A DNA stretch of 63,474 nucleotides, counting the filler, from Octopus bimaculoides (taxonomy: Eukaryota): the NCBI RefSeq assembly GCF_001194135.2. It is 7 parts of 6 records of this genome, joined end to end, with 100 filler letters (N's around TTAATTAATTAA, not from the genome) between each part and the next. Parts side by side here need not be neighbours in the genome. Positions count along the whole stretch, not along the records: positions 22,187 to 52,596 come from NC_069000.1; 6 more parts are not named here. One strand, given 5' to 3'. This document shows positions 27,850 to 40,389 of the stretch, piece after piece (the stretch's first letter is position 1; each line of letters opens with the position of its first letter). Under the pieces are notes generated by a model. It was not told the DNA's origin and made no database searches. It was given only the letters and a program-made list of their open reading frames with translations. The translations under genes and the position numbers were made by a program.

Positions 27850-28170
27850 CTTGATTCCATTAAGAATTTCATTCATTAATTTGATACGGATGTCTTTACT
27901 TTTCATCTGTTGTGCCTGGTACATTTTAATTTTCCCCATCAAAATACCATTGACTGGGAGAAACAACAGGAGTAGAACAAGTCCAGCAAAAGCTGAAGCT
28001 CCAAGTTGTTGATAAAGTAAATAAAGGGACAGAGAAATCTGGATTGGTGAGGAGATCATTACATAGAGGAAAGGAATTGCTTCTTGAAAGCGCGAACAAT
28101 CAATAGACATAGTGTTCACAATTTGCCCCATGGAGAATGTTTGACGGCAGGCATTGCTAAGGGTCAGCGT
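27850..28170 (-). CDS. ABCC1: ABCC1-like exon, TMD1 (TLTLSNACRQTFSMGQIVNTMSIDCSRF...KSKDIRIKLMNEILNGIK)
   Basis: 321 nt, tttacag/GTTGGT, phase 0/0. GxIVNxMSxD and KDxRIKLMNEILNGIK ABCC signatures; overlaps ORF 27826-28131. Confidence 0.97.
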
Positions 28171-28654
28171 CTGTAAACAAGAGTTAAATGGTATAATATA
28201 TGACTATAGACAATAACAATGACAAACAACAAAAGTAAACAACAGATCATAACTGAAGAGTCACTAAAAGTTATACAAGACACTGAAAGAGAGTAATTAT
28301 CAGAAACACTGAGGGATTCTCGCCATAGGGGAGCTGCAATACAAAACCCCCAAGGGCTCTTCTACATGAGTTACCTCACTCAGGCAGCTCTACAGGAATC
28401 AAGGTAACCTCCACATCTAACTAGAAATAGCAGCCAAATTTCCTTTAATAACATACTATCTTCATAAATCAAATAACACATTGTTTCAGTAATTTAGACC
28501 ATAATATGCAAAAAGAGAGGATGGTCACGGGTTTGATCCTAACAGACCTGGGGATAAACAATAGGAGCATGTCTTTTCTTTCTACAATCCATATAAGCAT
28601 TACATATGTGTCAGACCACACACTTAATGGGGAGGATGGATGTAAAAGGGTCCT

Positions 28655-29250
28655 AGATAATGACTGGTATTTATTTTATTGACCCTAGAATGAGGAAAAG
28701 TAAAGTCAGCATTTGAGGGGTGAGGATTTAATTAGGTTCTCTACCAATTCTGCTATTTACTGCATGTATAATAATAAATTCTAACATAAACACAAGGTCA
28801 GAGTCTGAGGGAAAACAGTAATCAACTACATTGATTTCAAAGTATTTGGCTGGTACTTAATTTATCGACAATGGATGTATGAAAGGACAAGAAAACACCT
28901 CAAAGAGATCTGAACTCAGAAGTCAGCTATATCAATTCCAATATTTGGTTCTTTAGTTTCAACCCCAGAAGGATGAAAAGTAAAGTTGACTTCAGCAGAA
29001 TTTGAAGGCAAGAGCTGGATTGAATATTGCACAACATTTTGTCTGATTATTTAACAGTTTTGTTTTAATATTTTGCATAGACACAAGCTCAGAAGTAGGT
29101 GGAAGAAGTGTAATTGATTTAAACCAATCTCAGTATTTGAATGATATTTTATTCTGTCAATTCTCAGATAAAAGACAAGTTTGGAACCAGGAACATAAAA
29201 AAGATGTAACCGAATATTAGTATTGCACTACCAATTCTATAGTCTGCCAC
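28655..29250 (-). mobile_element. Cluster of diverged SINE family B copies in an ABCC intron
   Basis: Several ACCCCAGAAGGATGAAAAGTAAAGTTGAC-like motifs with CpG decay. Confidence 0.6.
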
Positions 29251-29273
29251 TGAACAGTGTTTGGTGTACTTAC

Positions 29274-29448
29274 CTTGCGAAATACAAATGATGTCAACAA
29301 CCCTCTAATTCTCATTGCCAAAAGCATGGATATGAAGAATGAAGTGTTGTTGAAAAGTGATTGTAAAATTTCCAGAGAGAATAAAATCACTGACAATACA
29401 TAGCCTTTCCATTCTGGTTCTTGACTACTTGAATATACAATTAGTTTA
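29274..29448 (-). CDS. ABCC1: ABCC1-like exon equivalent to human exon 9, TMD1 (KLIVYSSSQEPEWKGY...MRIRGLLTSFVFRK)
   Basis: 175 nt, ttgcag/GTAAGT, phase 2/0. PxWxGY and MRI...YRK-like motifs. Confidence 0.93.
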
Positions 29449-30499
29449 CTGCAAACATCAAAGTAAAAAACGAAAATTATAGGTCAGCAAAACATTACAT
29501 GGCAAATTAACATACATACTGGTATATAAAATGACTTGGCTTAGAAGATGTGTTAGTATTTACCAAAATAGGGATTAGCTTAACATGAGCCATCACCCAT
29601 GCTAACAACTTACTGAATATCATAAAGTTTATGACTCACACATTATACCCAAGTTTGAAGACTGCTTATTTTTGAAGGGGATGGTGATAGAAATTTGTCA
29701 ATTAAAAGGTCATCTTGTATACTAGCATATGCAGTATTATATAATATTTTGAAGTTATTTTTAGAAAACAAAAAATGAAATTTTGGATTCAACTCTCTTA
29801 TAAGTAAAGTTTATTTGAGAATCATGAAGTCACAATCTGTCATCCCAATAATACTGTTGTTAAGTTCCAAGTTGTTTAATTTGTCCACAGATTGGAATGA
29901 ATCATTTTGATCATGAAGAAGAAGAGGAGAAATTCTAATATTACAGGCAGGACCTTTGTCAGATTTCTCTATTCACTAGGACTCTACTACATTAGACTTC
30001 TCCTTTTATTCCCCATGGAGAAATAGCTCTTTGGTTAAAGCAGATCATCATTACTTTCCTCGGGTTCCGTTGTTTAGTTTTGGTGTTTATGGAGATGTAC
30101 TTGCATAGCAAGTGTTTTGATCTGAGGTCATGTGTTGAAGCTAAAGTGATTGCAGCATGGAAGACATAAGTTAGCCGTCCAGAAACACACAGGGACCATT
30201 GACTTCACTTGAACATTTATTTGTATTATGATGTCAAAATTTTCATCACTCAAAAACTGTGATCTGTTCATTGACATAAAATTGTGCTGCATCCAATTTT
30301 AGGGTTGTTTTCTGGTTATCGTTCAAAACCTGCCTGAATTGTTTGGGCAGTACCACACCCCACCATTTCAGTAAAAGCTTATTTCCAACATTAGAAATAA
30401 GTCTAAACAACTTTTGATGTCTTGAGTAAATTAATAGAATTTTCCTTTTTTTGCAAGCTAAGGACGAAATGATGGAATCTGTAATCTTAGAATTGTTGA

Positions 30500-30690
30500 T
30501 AGGGCTTAGCCCCTGGTCAGCACTACTCAAATAGACCTATGATTAAAAGCATTCTAGCCATGACCATCCAACCTTATTTTCTGAAGGTGTACTCAAGACT
30601 ATATTAGCCAATGTGATTGTTTTTATAAAGATGATAAGGTGTGATTTGAGGGGAATTTGGCTGCTATTTCTAGCAGGCAAAGAGACACTG
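30500..30690. repeat. Unclassified interspersed repeat of about 200 bp; other copies at about 600-730, 27330-27500, 28400-28560, 30870-30960, 36040-36150 and 42800-42980
   Basis: Recurrent (T)GCTAGAAATAGCAGCCAAAT(T/C)TCCCTCAAATCACACC and GACCATCC...TCTAGGAC motifs. Confidence 0.55.
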
Positions 30691-31472
30691 TAGCAGTACC
30701 TTTATTGGCTCATAATCTTAGAATCTAAAACCAGTGCATACTCTCACATGAAGGAGGTTCAGTTGAGATACTTAGAAGTCAAGCAATTTGATCCTCAGCA
30801 ATGAAGAAGTTTTGATCTCATCCTCCAACTCTCCAACCCTACTCTACTTCTTTAAGCTAACAAGGGGGCCTGTATGCAATCACTCAATTTGCTAGAAATA
30901 TCAACCAAATCTCCATCAAACTGCATCTTAATGTCTTTAGGAAATGAAAAAATTAATCAAACAATGTGTTTGAAAAAAATGTGTGGCTATTTGTCTCTGA
31001 AGTGAATTTGTTTAAAATTCTGTTCTATCACCATTGACAATAATAGAAGGGGCTTGAGGCAGTTGTTCAACTTAACTATATTCTCCTTGCTTGTACAAAT
31101 GAAATAGGTAGAATAGTCTTTAAAAAAAATATTTAGATGCCTTTCCTGTCTATAACCTAATCAACCAACTATTTACCTTGATGCACTTTTTACATGTAAT
31201 CCATTCATCCAACTCTGAAGTAAAGAATGGTTCCTGGGGTTTTTTTTTGGGGGGGGGTTGAGCCTGGAATGAGCAGAATTATGCATCTGGTTTTTTGTTT
31301 GATGAATGAAGTAAGATTTTGAATTTATTACTACGTATCAGTAGAAAGTAACTCAAGGTCTTAATCTCACAGCCTTTATTATGTCTCATAAAAGCATCAA
31401 TAATAACACAAAAAGAAATTTAAAGAAGATAAAAAGTGCAAGTGAATGAAAGAATACAAACTCAAGTACGAC

Positions 31473-32119
31473 NNNNNNNNNNNNNNNNNNNNNNNNNNNN
31501 NNNNNNNNNNNNNNNNNNNNNNNNNNNNNNNNNNNNNNNNNNNNNNNNNNNNNNNNNNNNNNNNNNNNNNNNNNNNNNNNNNNNNNNNNNNNNNNNNNNN
31601 NNNNNNNNNNNNNNNNNNNNNNNNNNNNNNNNNNNNNNNNNNNNNNNNNNNNNNNNNNNNNNNNNNNNNNNNNNNNNNNNNNNNNNNNNNNNNNNNNNNN
31701 NNNNNNNNNNNNNNNNNNNNNNNNNNNNNNNNNNNNNNNNNNNNNNNNNNNNNNNNNNNNNNNNNNNNNNNNNNNNNNNNNNNNNNNNNNNNNNNNNNNN
31801 NNNNNNNNNNNNNNNNNNNNNNNNNNNNNNNNNNNNNNNNNNNNNNNNNNNNNNNNNNNNNNNNNNNNNNNNNNNNNNNNNNNNNNNNNNNNNNNNNNNN
31901 NNNNNNNNNNNNNNNNNNNNNNNNNNNNNNNNNNNNNNNNNNNNNNNNNNNNNNNNNNNNNNNNNNNNNNNNNNNNNNNNNNNNNNNNNNNNNNNNNNNN
32001 NNNNNNNNNNNNNNNNNNNNNNNNNNNNNNNNNNNNNNNNNNNNNNNNNNNNNNNNNNNNNNNNNNNNNNNNNNNNNNNNNNNNNNNNNNNNNNNNNNNN
32101 NNNNNNNNNNNNNNNNNNN
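31473..32119. other. Assembly gap probably hiding the TM6-encoding ABCC exon (human exon 8 equivalent)
   Basis: Exon 7 ends in phase 2 and the exon at 29448 starts in phase 2. I found no SLxKxL..FG..KLxxDxxxFxxPQIL-type exon in the sequenced parts between them. Confidence 0.55.
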
Positions 32120-32184
<65 letters not shown>

Positions 32185-32519
32185 TTTGTGTATAATATTG
32201 AAGTTTGCATGGGGAAAAGATATAGGCAAACAACCAGATGAAAGCATATTTGGACTGAACAGAAAAAAGAAAGGGGACTAAATATTTTTAGATAGAGAAA
32301 AACAGAAGAAATAATGAGGTAAGTCAATGAGACAAGTGAAAGCTGTGAGAGGGTAAGAGTAAGGAAGAGACAACTTTTCATATATGCAACATAATATGCA
32401 GGTTTAAAGTTAGTTTTCAATTTTATTTTAACTTTTTAAGTATCTGTTATAGTCAAATCTTGACACATCTATTCTAATATAACTCTGTATCATACAACAT
32501 TCAGTAACAATTAAGGCAA

Positions 32520-32700
32520 GTTTAGTTTTTCTCTAGTTTCAAACTTCCCCATTAGTTTCACCACTGAAACATCACGATGATTAAGGCTGACATCAAAAGA
32601 TTTTCGTTGGGAAGATCTTAGAGATAATATCATTGCCAGTGTCCACTTGCATCTGCAATTCAACATTATTTAACTTAATGGAGGTTGATGATTTAACATC
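32520..32700 (-). mobile_element. Gypsy-like aspartic protease remnant in an ABCC intron
   Basis: IKLNNVELQMQVDTGNDII (DTG motif) followed by RDVSVVKLMGKF. Confidence 0.5.
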
Positions 32701-34113
32701 AGTGTTGCAAATGTTGAAGACATTGATTCATAATCACTATTTGCATCAGGGTCAACTCCATGCACTTTCTCAAATGTCATTCTTGAAGACCAGACAGACA
32801 GAAAATAGTTCTTCTTTTTTACAGATACTGCTTGTCTTCCCAAAAGCAGAACATTATGGGTAGAACCAGAAAACTTGCATATGACTTTTTATGATGATGC
32901 TTGTCTACATAGAATACTGATAATTCTTTTTGTATAATATTATCATCAAAAGAAACCAAAGCAAAATCATTAATTATTTTAAACTGCTCAATGTGGTTTC
33001 AATGTTTCTTGAAATTGCATGTGCCCTGAAAATTTAGTGATGTGCTCTGGAATATTAGAACACACTTATGAACTATCAAAATTTGCTAGTTGATAAATTA
33101 ATTGCATTTAAATACAACTGTTTATAGAAGATTGTCTTTCTGTCTCCAACTTACCAATTCACAAAACGCACGTCTTCTTGCAATCTTTCATTACATCAAT
33201 GTATTTATTCTAATGCTATTTACTTCAGAGCCAGAAAGCATACCTTTTTGACAATAACCAGCTTTTTTGGGGTTACCCTGAGGACAATAATGTCCTCAGG
33301 TATGCCCACAAAGTTCATGTTCTCCAATACTTTAAGGTACACTATCACAGAAATTTATAATATTTACAATGTCTCAGAGATGAAAAAAATCAGTTGATTC
33401 TTTACTAGAAATCAACCAAGTCTTTGAGCTTTTTCGTCCTAGCACTGGCTGAAAGGCATTTTAATCAGGCTACAGTCAAATTGAAATAAGACAGTATTAA
33501 CTCCCTAAGTCCTGAAAGTGGCATCATGGTTATATCATTAATAAGAAGAAATTATTGTTGCTAATTAGATTCTTCTTCATCATCATTGTTTAATATATGT
33601 TTTCCATGCTGAGATGGGTTGGATAGTTTGACAGGAGCTGTCCAGATTTCAATTGTCTGTTGGAGCATGGTTTCTACGGTTGGATGCCCTACCTAATGCC
33701 AACCGCTTTACAGAGTATGCTGGGTGATGAACACAGGAATGTACGCAAATCTATTAATGTAGACCAACATGAAAAGGTTTATTGAAATGAAGCAGTAGTT
33801 ACATAGGGTCGCTTACCTTTACTAGTGCTAATCATCTGAATCACCAAATAAAGCTGTAGTTACATGCAAAACATGCAAAACATAAAGAAAGGTTCTCTTC
33901 AGCACAGAAAGGAAAACCATGTTAAATAGCCTTCATCACATGACCAATGGGTGGAGTCACATGATAACGTCATGTAAAACATATGCAACAATACAATAAT
34001 AAAACAAGGATACTACATAATAATCTTGTTGTTGTTCACAAAATGCATGAGATTTAAATTAAATAAAAGAACAGCAACAATAATCTAAAGAAATAAATGA
34101 TATAGAACATTAC

Positions 34114-34245
34114 TGATGGCATTTGGCTTTTTCTTGATTCCAGGCAGTGAAAAACTTGTTTGAGATTACTTTGATATTGTCACGTGGATTAAGCTGGTAA
34201 AGATCAGCTTCAGTCAAAGTATTTTTGAAAGCTTTGGTAATGAGA
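34114..34245 (-). CDS. ABCC1: ABCC1-like exon 7, L0 (LITKAFKNTLTEADLYQLNPRD...AWNQEKAKCH)
   Basis: 132 nt, ttccag/GTAATG, phase 2/2. LxxxDLxxLxxxD lasso motif. Confidence 0.92.
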
Positions 34246-35372
34246 CTGGAATGAAAAAAAGTAGAGAGAGTGAGAGAGAGAGGGAGAGAGAGAGAGAGAC
34301 AGACAGACAGATTTTAAAGAATGTCTGAGTTCACCTAGTTGATAAGGTGTGTTATTTTAATATAAGTCTGTATAGTTGATAGAATTAGTTTCTGAATATC
34401 TGATACTTAAATATATGGGATGCCATTTAGGTAACTGTTCTCATGAATGACTTTTGCCAATTCAATTAAGGCAAACTCATGGCCCTTCACTTCAATGTAT
34501 CTGGGTATATTATACACTAACCCTCAATATCTTAATGTTCATATTATCTCAAACACAGGCCTTAATGAATGATTGACCTTTTCTTAGAAACTACAGAAAT
34601 ATTTTTACTAATGATTCAATAATGCCCTCTTTATCTGGGTTACACTGTCCCATTCTAGTAAAATGAATTTATTTTATGTCCATTTTTTTTCCATACTGGC
34701 ATGGTAAATGAATAAATATTATTGAGCCATTGCTTTATAGCCAAATGCTCTTCCTGTTACTAACTCTTACCTGTTTTTCAAGTATGAGATGTTTTTTATT
34801 CTACTTTGATAGCACAAAGTTAGAAGACTATGTTGTTGACAGGGAATGTCAGCAAACATCGTTTGTAGCTCAGTGCTTCATGCAAAGTACAGAATGTAAA
34901 CTCATATTTAGACTCACACACATGTACATGCATGCAGGCACATGCACGCATGTATGTACACACACATACATACACATAAAGAAAAACATGTTAAAAAGGT
35001 GTGAAAACACCCAGTTCATTCAGTGTCGCCATCTCTTGGGAATCTCAGACATTGATGTTTCAAGTTTTTGACTCTTGTCAATGAGATGTACCTAAGAGAG
35101 ACAACTCTAGGTACATCTCATTGACAAGAGCATTTTGACAATGAAGGATTGGGTAACATTTAGGAAGTGGCTATCTCTGTCTCATTTTGCAGTGCTTTTC
35201 AGACAACGATTACAGTGTGCCTTTTCCATGAGGAACTTGGCTGAAGCTCCTCTCTACCATACTGCTTGACTGCAACACACCTCTATTCAAGCATCTCAAC
35301 AATCTCACCAAATGTGGTCATGAAAAGAATACTGGTTTTACATCAATTTTAGAAAGTATTCTTTGGACTTAC

Positions 35373-35434
35373 GGAGTGATCCAATGAATTGTGAACTTGG
35401 ATGGGAAAGATGCTTCCAGCTCTGGATTTGGTTT
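35373..35434 (-). CDS. ABCC1: ABCC1-like exon 6, L0/lasso (KPNPELEASFPSKFTIHWITP)
   Basis: 62 nt, tttacag/GTAAGT, phase 0/2. Matches the MRP motif NPCPExxASFLSxITFWWIT. Confidence 0.92.
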
Positions 35435-36476
35435 CTGTAAATATAGACATCATCATCAAACATCCATTTTCCATGCTGGAATGAGCTAGATGGTTTGATT
35501 GGGTATACAGTTAATAAATTTTTCACACATTTTCTCGATGCCAAACAAAATATTCACAGACACACATATGCACGCACACACAAATACTTTCACTGTTCAG
35601 TCACTAGGCTGTGGTCATGCAACAGCACTGGCGTCAAAGGGTCTATTTTATTGATGACTATTTTTTGATTAGCTAAGTTATACTTTTACATAAAGAGATG
35701 CAATTTGGCACACAGCTAAATAAAAGAGGTACTTCAAGCAGAAGGAGTATTAGACAATTATGTTGTAGAGATACAAAAGGGCCAGATGATCTTGACTAAA
35801 ATACCTTTGCTCATTGGTCTATTCAATCAGAGTTGGCTTAGGATTAAGCATCAACAATACAAGTACACATATATCAGGTGGGTTTTCACAGCTTCCATCT
35901 ACTAAATATACTCATATGGCATTGGTCAACCCAAGGCTATAGTAAAAAGCAATTGCCCAACAACAGCTGCAAGTGAAACAGCAATATACATCTTATTCTT
36001 GAGAGCAAGTAAAGCTGAAAAAATTGTTTTTATAATTTTGTTGATGTTTAGCCCTCAAGATAACCCTAGTTGAGCAAACTTATGATCAAAGCATATCAAC
36101 CATGACAAGCTCATATATTTTGTGTCTCTAGGACTATATTGTCAAATGTGTACTTTTTTAAAATTTGTGCGTGTGTTTATGTAAGTCTATGTGTGTGCAT
36201 GTGTGTATGTAAACACACACACACAAATTTAAACTTATGTTCTGGGTTTTATTCCAAGGAGGCTGTGGTTGAAGCCAATGGTGATTTTATTGAATAAATT
36301 TACTCTAGTATTTCTAGATATTTTTATGTAATTTTAGTAAATATATCTGTTAAGGTGTAGTATAAATTAATTAACATTTCTTAGTTCAGTATGGTATTCA
36401 CATTATCACCCACTTTACTTTAAGAATAAACATCATAAAAAAAAATATAAAAATATAAAATATGACATAAACTAAC

Positions 36477-36602
36477 CCTTTGTAATGCTTTCTTGTCATA
36501 TTTGTGTGGCACTTCAGCAAAGCAATGGAACACAATCTCCAATACTATGAATGTATAGCGTGCAAGGAATACGTTGAAGTGTAGAATATCAGTTTCATAT
36601 TG
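36477..36602 (-). CDS. ABCC1: ABCC1-like exon 5 (QYETDILHFNVF...FHCFAE...ALQR)
   Basis: 126 nt, tacag/GTTAGT, phase 0/0. LxCFxE/D motif at the end of TMD0. Confidence 0.88.
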
Positions 36603-36861
36603 CTGTAACATGAGACAGAGAGAAAGGTCATATTTAGGTTACCTGTGTGTCAGTGTTTTAGTGGGTGTATACATAAATATCATGCTCACACATATCTGTG
36701 TGTGTCAGTGTGCGTATTTTTGTGGAGGCATATATAATATATATATATGTGTAGAATTTGTTTTGGGGTTTGAAAATGCACCTGAATCTGAAATATGTGT
36801 AGTTGTGAAATAGATTTATTCACATACCAAACTAGTTTTCATAATTTTTTGTTTACCAGTG

Positions 36862-37000
36862 GTAGGAAGGGCATCCAGCTGTAGAAACTCTGCCAAATCA
36901 GATTGGAGCCTGGTGTAGCCATCTGGTTTCACCAGTCCTCAGTCAAATCGTCCAACCCATGCTAGCATGGAAAGCGGACGTTAAACGACGATGATGATGA
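36862..37000 (+). mobile_element. RTE 3'-end copy (SINE or truncated LINE)
   Basis: AGGAAGGGCATCCAGCTGTAGAAAC...CCCATGCTAGCATGGAAAGCGGACGTTAAACGA(TGA)n, matching the 3' end of 43507-44612. Confidence 0.85.
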
Positions 37001-38356
37001 TATAAAGGTGTGGGGAGGTAAAAATTGGACAAACATGTTTAAACCATCAAATGTTCAAATGTCCACAGAAATTTCAATGAGTTTCACAAGCATAGATAAT
37101 AATATCAATGTAAATGTTCGGTGAAGATCATAACAAATGTACATTATTGAAAGTTCAGTCATATTGAGTGTTTCAAATAAGTAGAGAAGAGAAAGAAAAG
37201 AAGAAGAGGTGCATTGGGAAGTATTCCTAAAGATCTGAACAGATGGATAGCGGAAACGAACATAAAATCCAGTTTAGTATAGCTCCAGAAAATAGTGTTG
37301 TCAGGGACAGCTAAGATACTTAGGAGGGTTCTTGGCATCTAAAGTTACTTGTTGTAGCCCAATTTTAGGATTTTTTCTTTTCCAACAGCTTAATCTGTTG
37401 TTTGTATATGAAAAGAATAATAATAATAAATATATAAAGGACAAAGTTTCTAGAATTAGATCTCTTGGCTTGAAAAAGTCTTATAGTATAGTAAATTATA
37501 TTATGAACTGAGGTAGTGTATGTGTATATGAAAGTGAGGGAGAGGGAGAGAGAGTAAGGAAGGGAGATAGATAGGGAGACAAAGATAAGGAGGGAGTGAG
37601 GAACAGAGTCAAATAGGGGACTATCAATGGGTATAAGTAAGTAAGAAGGGATTGAAACTCATAAAATGGTAAACGCCAGTCTTTACTGCTAGGTGAGACA
37701 CAATCAGTTTCTTGGAACATATATGCTCATGAAAGCGTTTTGAAAACTTTGTGTAGGTCTCTGAGCAGGTACCATCAAGCTTTTGGCTCAGTTTTCTCCA
37801 TTATGGTCAATGTAACAAACATACGCTATGCACATTACTTCCAAGCACTGCTGTAAACAGCGGAAGTGAGCTAGACTGTTAAAACTTAGTGCACATGCTT
37901 TAATTTTCTTACTAACAACTCATTTGATCCTCATGGATCAGACAAGTTGTGATATGCCCTATGACAAACCTGTCCAAGTCATAAAAGCATGGAAGAAGTG
38001 GTTATTGACAGGAAGATGATGGTGTTGGTGTGGTGGAGGTGATAACAATAATGATGCTTGTGTTGGTGGTAATAATGATGATGATAATGGTAATGATTAT
38101 GGTAGTGATGCTGATCTTGATGCCAGTGTTAGAATGATGACAAAAATGATTTGTGATGAGATGATGATGATGACATCGAGAATGATGATGATGATTAAGA
38201 TAGTGATGTTGCTGATAATGATGGTGATGATGATGATGATGATAAGTTTTTTACTAAACAATAGCTTTATTTGTAATAAAATAAGTCTGTAGTAACCCTG
38301 CCCTTCCCTCCTTTTTCAGTACATGTGTGGGTGAGACTGTTCCAGTTGTACTTTAC

Positions 38357-38485
38357 CTTCATTATGACTTTGTTGTAACACAGAACAGTGCCAGTCAACA
38401 ATGACAGCAGCCAGTATATGAAGAGAACTCCTGATGCCACAACACCCATCCAGCGTTCAACTTGCATCAGGACCATTGCACATAA
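38357..38485 (-). CDS. ABCC1: ABCC1-like exon 4, TMD0 (LCAMVLMQVERWMGVVASGVLFIYW...VIMK)
   Basis: 129 nt, tacag/GTAAAG, phase 0/0. Matches the MRP1 motif LIQxERxxGVxSSGxxxxFW. Confidence 0.93.
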
Positions 38486-39191
38486 CTGTAAATAGTAAAG
38501 GTTTAATTGTTGATATGAGTGAGTGAGAGAGAGAGAGAGAAAGAGGGGAGAAGAGACAAGATAGAGATGGTGATAAAGGAGAATATGGAGAGAGAGAGAG
38601 AGAGAGAGAGAGAAGGCAAGTAACAGCAAGGAAGCATGAGAAAGAGAAAGTGTGGAAGGATGAGAGAGAGAGAAAGAAGATACTGAGATATAGAGAGGAC
38701 AAAGAGAATGAATATAAGACAAGAAGCTAATAACTAATTCAGCTTTTGTTTTAAATACTTCAGACTTTCATTTTCAAGATGTGGTGGAAGGAGACGAAAA
38801 TGATTGTTTAATCTCAAATCAGCCTTGTTTGACCTGTGATCAAAGGTGTCGCAGCTGTGACTGTCCTATGTTTTTGTGTATTGGGGACTTCTTACTCTAG
38901 TGCCCTCATCTATATTTACGATGGTAATGTTGTAATTTCAAGAAGATTGAGCTGCTGCTTCTAACAGGTCAAATGACTGCATAGAAACCCTCTTGCTAGC
39001 TTGAGAGGNNNNNNNNNNNNNNNNNNNNNNNNNNNNNNNNNNNNNNNNNNNNNNNNNNNNNNNNNNNNNNNNNNNNNNNNNNNNNNNNNNNNNNNNNNNN
39101 NNNNNNNNNNNNNNNNNNNNNNNNNNNNNNNNNNNNNNNNNNNNNNNNNNNNNNNNNNNNNNNNNNNNNNNNNNNNNNNNNNNNNNNNNNN

Positions 39192-39236
<45 letters not shown>

Positions 39237-39761
39237 GTGTAATAACCATTGGGTTATAAAAACATTACAGAAAAATATTCATCCTCACAAGCTTAGTGTA
39301 TCTAGGGTGAGCTACCTGGGGTAATCTACAGTTCACCAAACAATATTTATGGTAAGTTTTGAATTCTGTGCCAATTATACAAACAAAGCTCCTATATCTT
39401 TCTGCCTGGTAATATTGATAAGTTCACTTTGCACACCATTTGATTAGCACAGAGTGAACTGATCCGAGACATTGAGAGTTGTGTATCATGGTGATGGACA
39501 CCAGTAAAAGGATAACAAAATTACACTTTTCTGGTACTGAAAAGAGACCATCTTAATGTGTGTTCAGCTTTTACACTCTCCCACAACACTCACGCGCATG
39601 CATGCATGCATGCGCGTGTGTGTGTGTGTGTGTGTTTTTATAGATAAATGTTCAGCAGCACTGGCCCATGGGAACAATTCCCAAAAGTGAAACACATGAA
39701 AAGCAAGTCAAAAACATATATTACCGATTGCCATTTGGAAAATGTTGCATTTCTGTCTTTA

Positions 39762-39818
<57 letters not shown>

Positions 39819-40389
39819 TACATACATATACATACACAGACAGACAGACAGACAGACAAACAAAGACATATCAATGGATTTTGATCAGCATTTCTCATCA
39901 TAATTTTTCAGTTGCTTGATCAACTGAATTACCAGGCTCATTGGATTAGCATGCAAGTGGCTGAATAATCCACAAACACGTGTACCCTTCACCTAGTTCT
40001 CAGGCAGATTCAGACATCTACGACAAGGTTAGACCTTTAAATTACAGGGGTTACATGCATAATTTATCTGATGAATTTCTACACTATTTCTGTCTACTCA
40101 CTTTCACTTACAAGACCTAGTTCAGCTAAAATTAAAGATGCATGCCTGCTCAAGATGTCATACAGTGTGATTGAACCCTTAACCTATGACTACTTAGCCA
40201 TTCAACCAAATATACATATATACAGATTCGGCTATACATGTACGCACGTGCACACACACACACACAAAATACATTAGATAATCATGCATTTTGTTATTTC
40301 AAACTTTGATCCTCACTTTGGAATAAACATTTATTTAATTGATATACAGATTGCAATCTACTGATGTATGGCAATAGTAGAAAAAGCAA

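Noticed and set aside
30246-30530. 94-aa minus ORF as the missing TM6 exon
   Set aside because: No ABCC motif and no convincing splice sites; it starts within an interspersed repeat.
31177-31214. 38-nt segment with good splice signals (cttcag/GTAAAT; SWMNGLHVKSAS)
   Set aside because: If the TM6 exon is in the gap, this would fall between TM6 and TM7 exons that are contiguous in MRP1. No sequence similarity.
33817-33853. 37-nt segment with an AAG|GTAAGC donor
   Set aside because: The frame required after exon 7 (phase 2) contains a stop.
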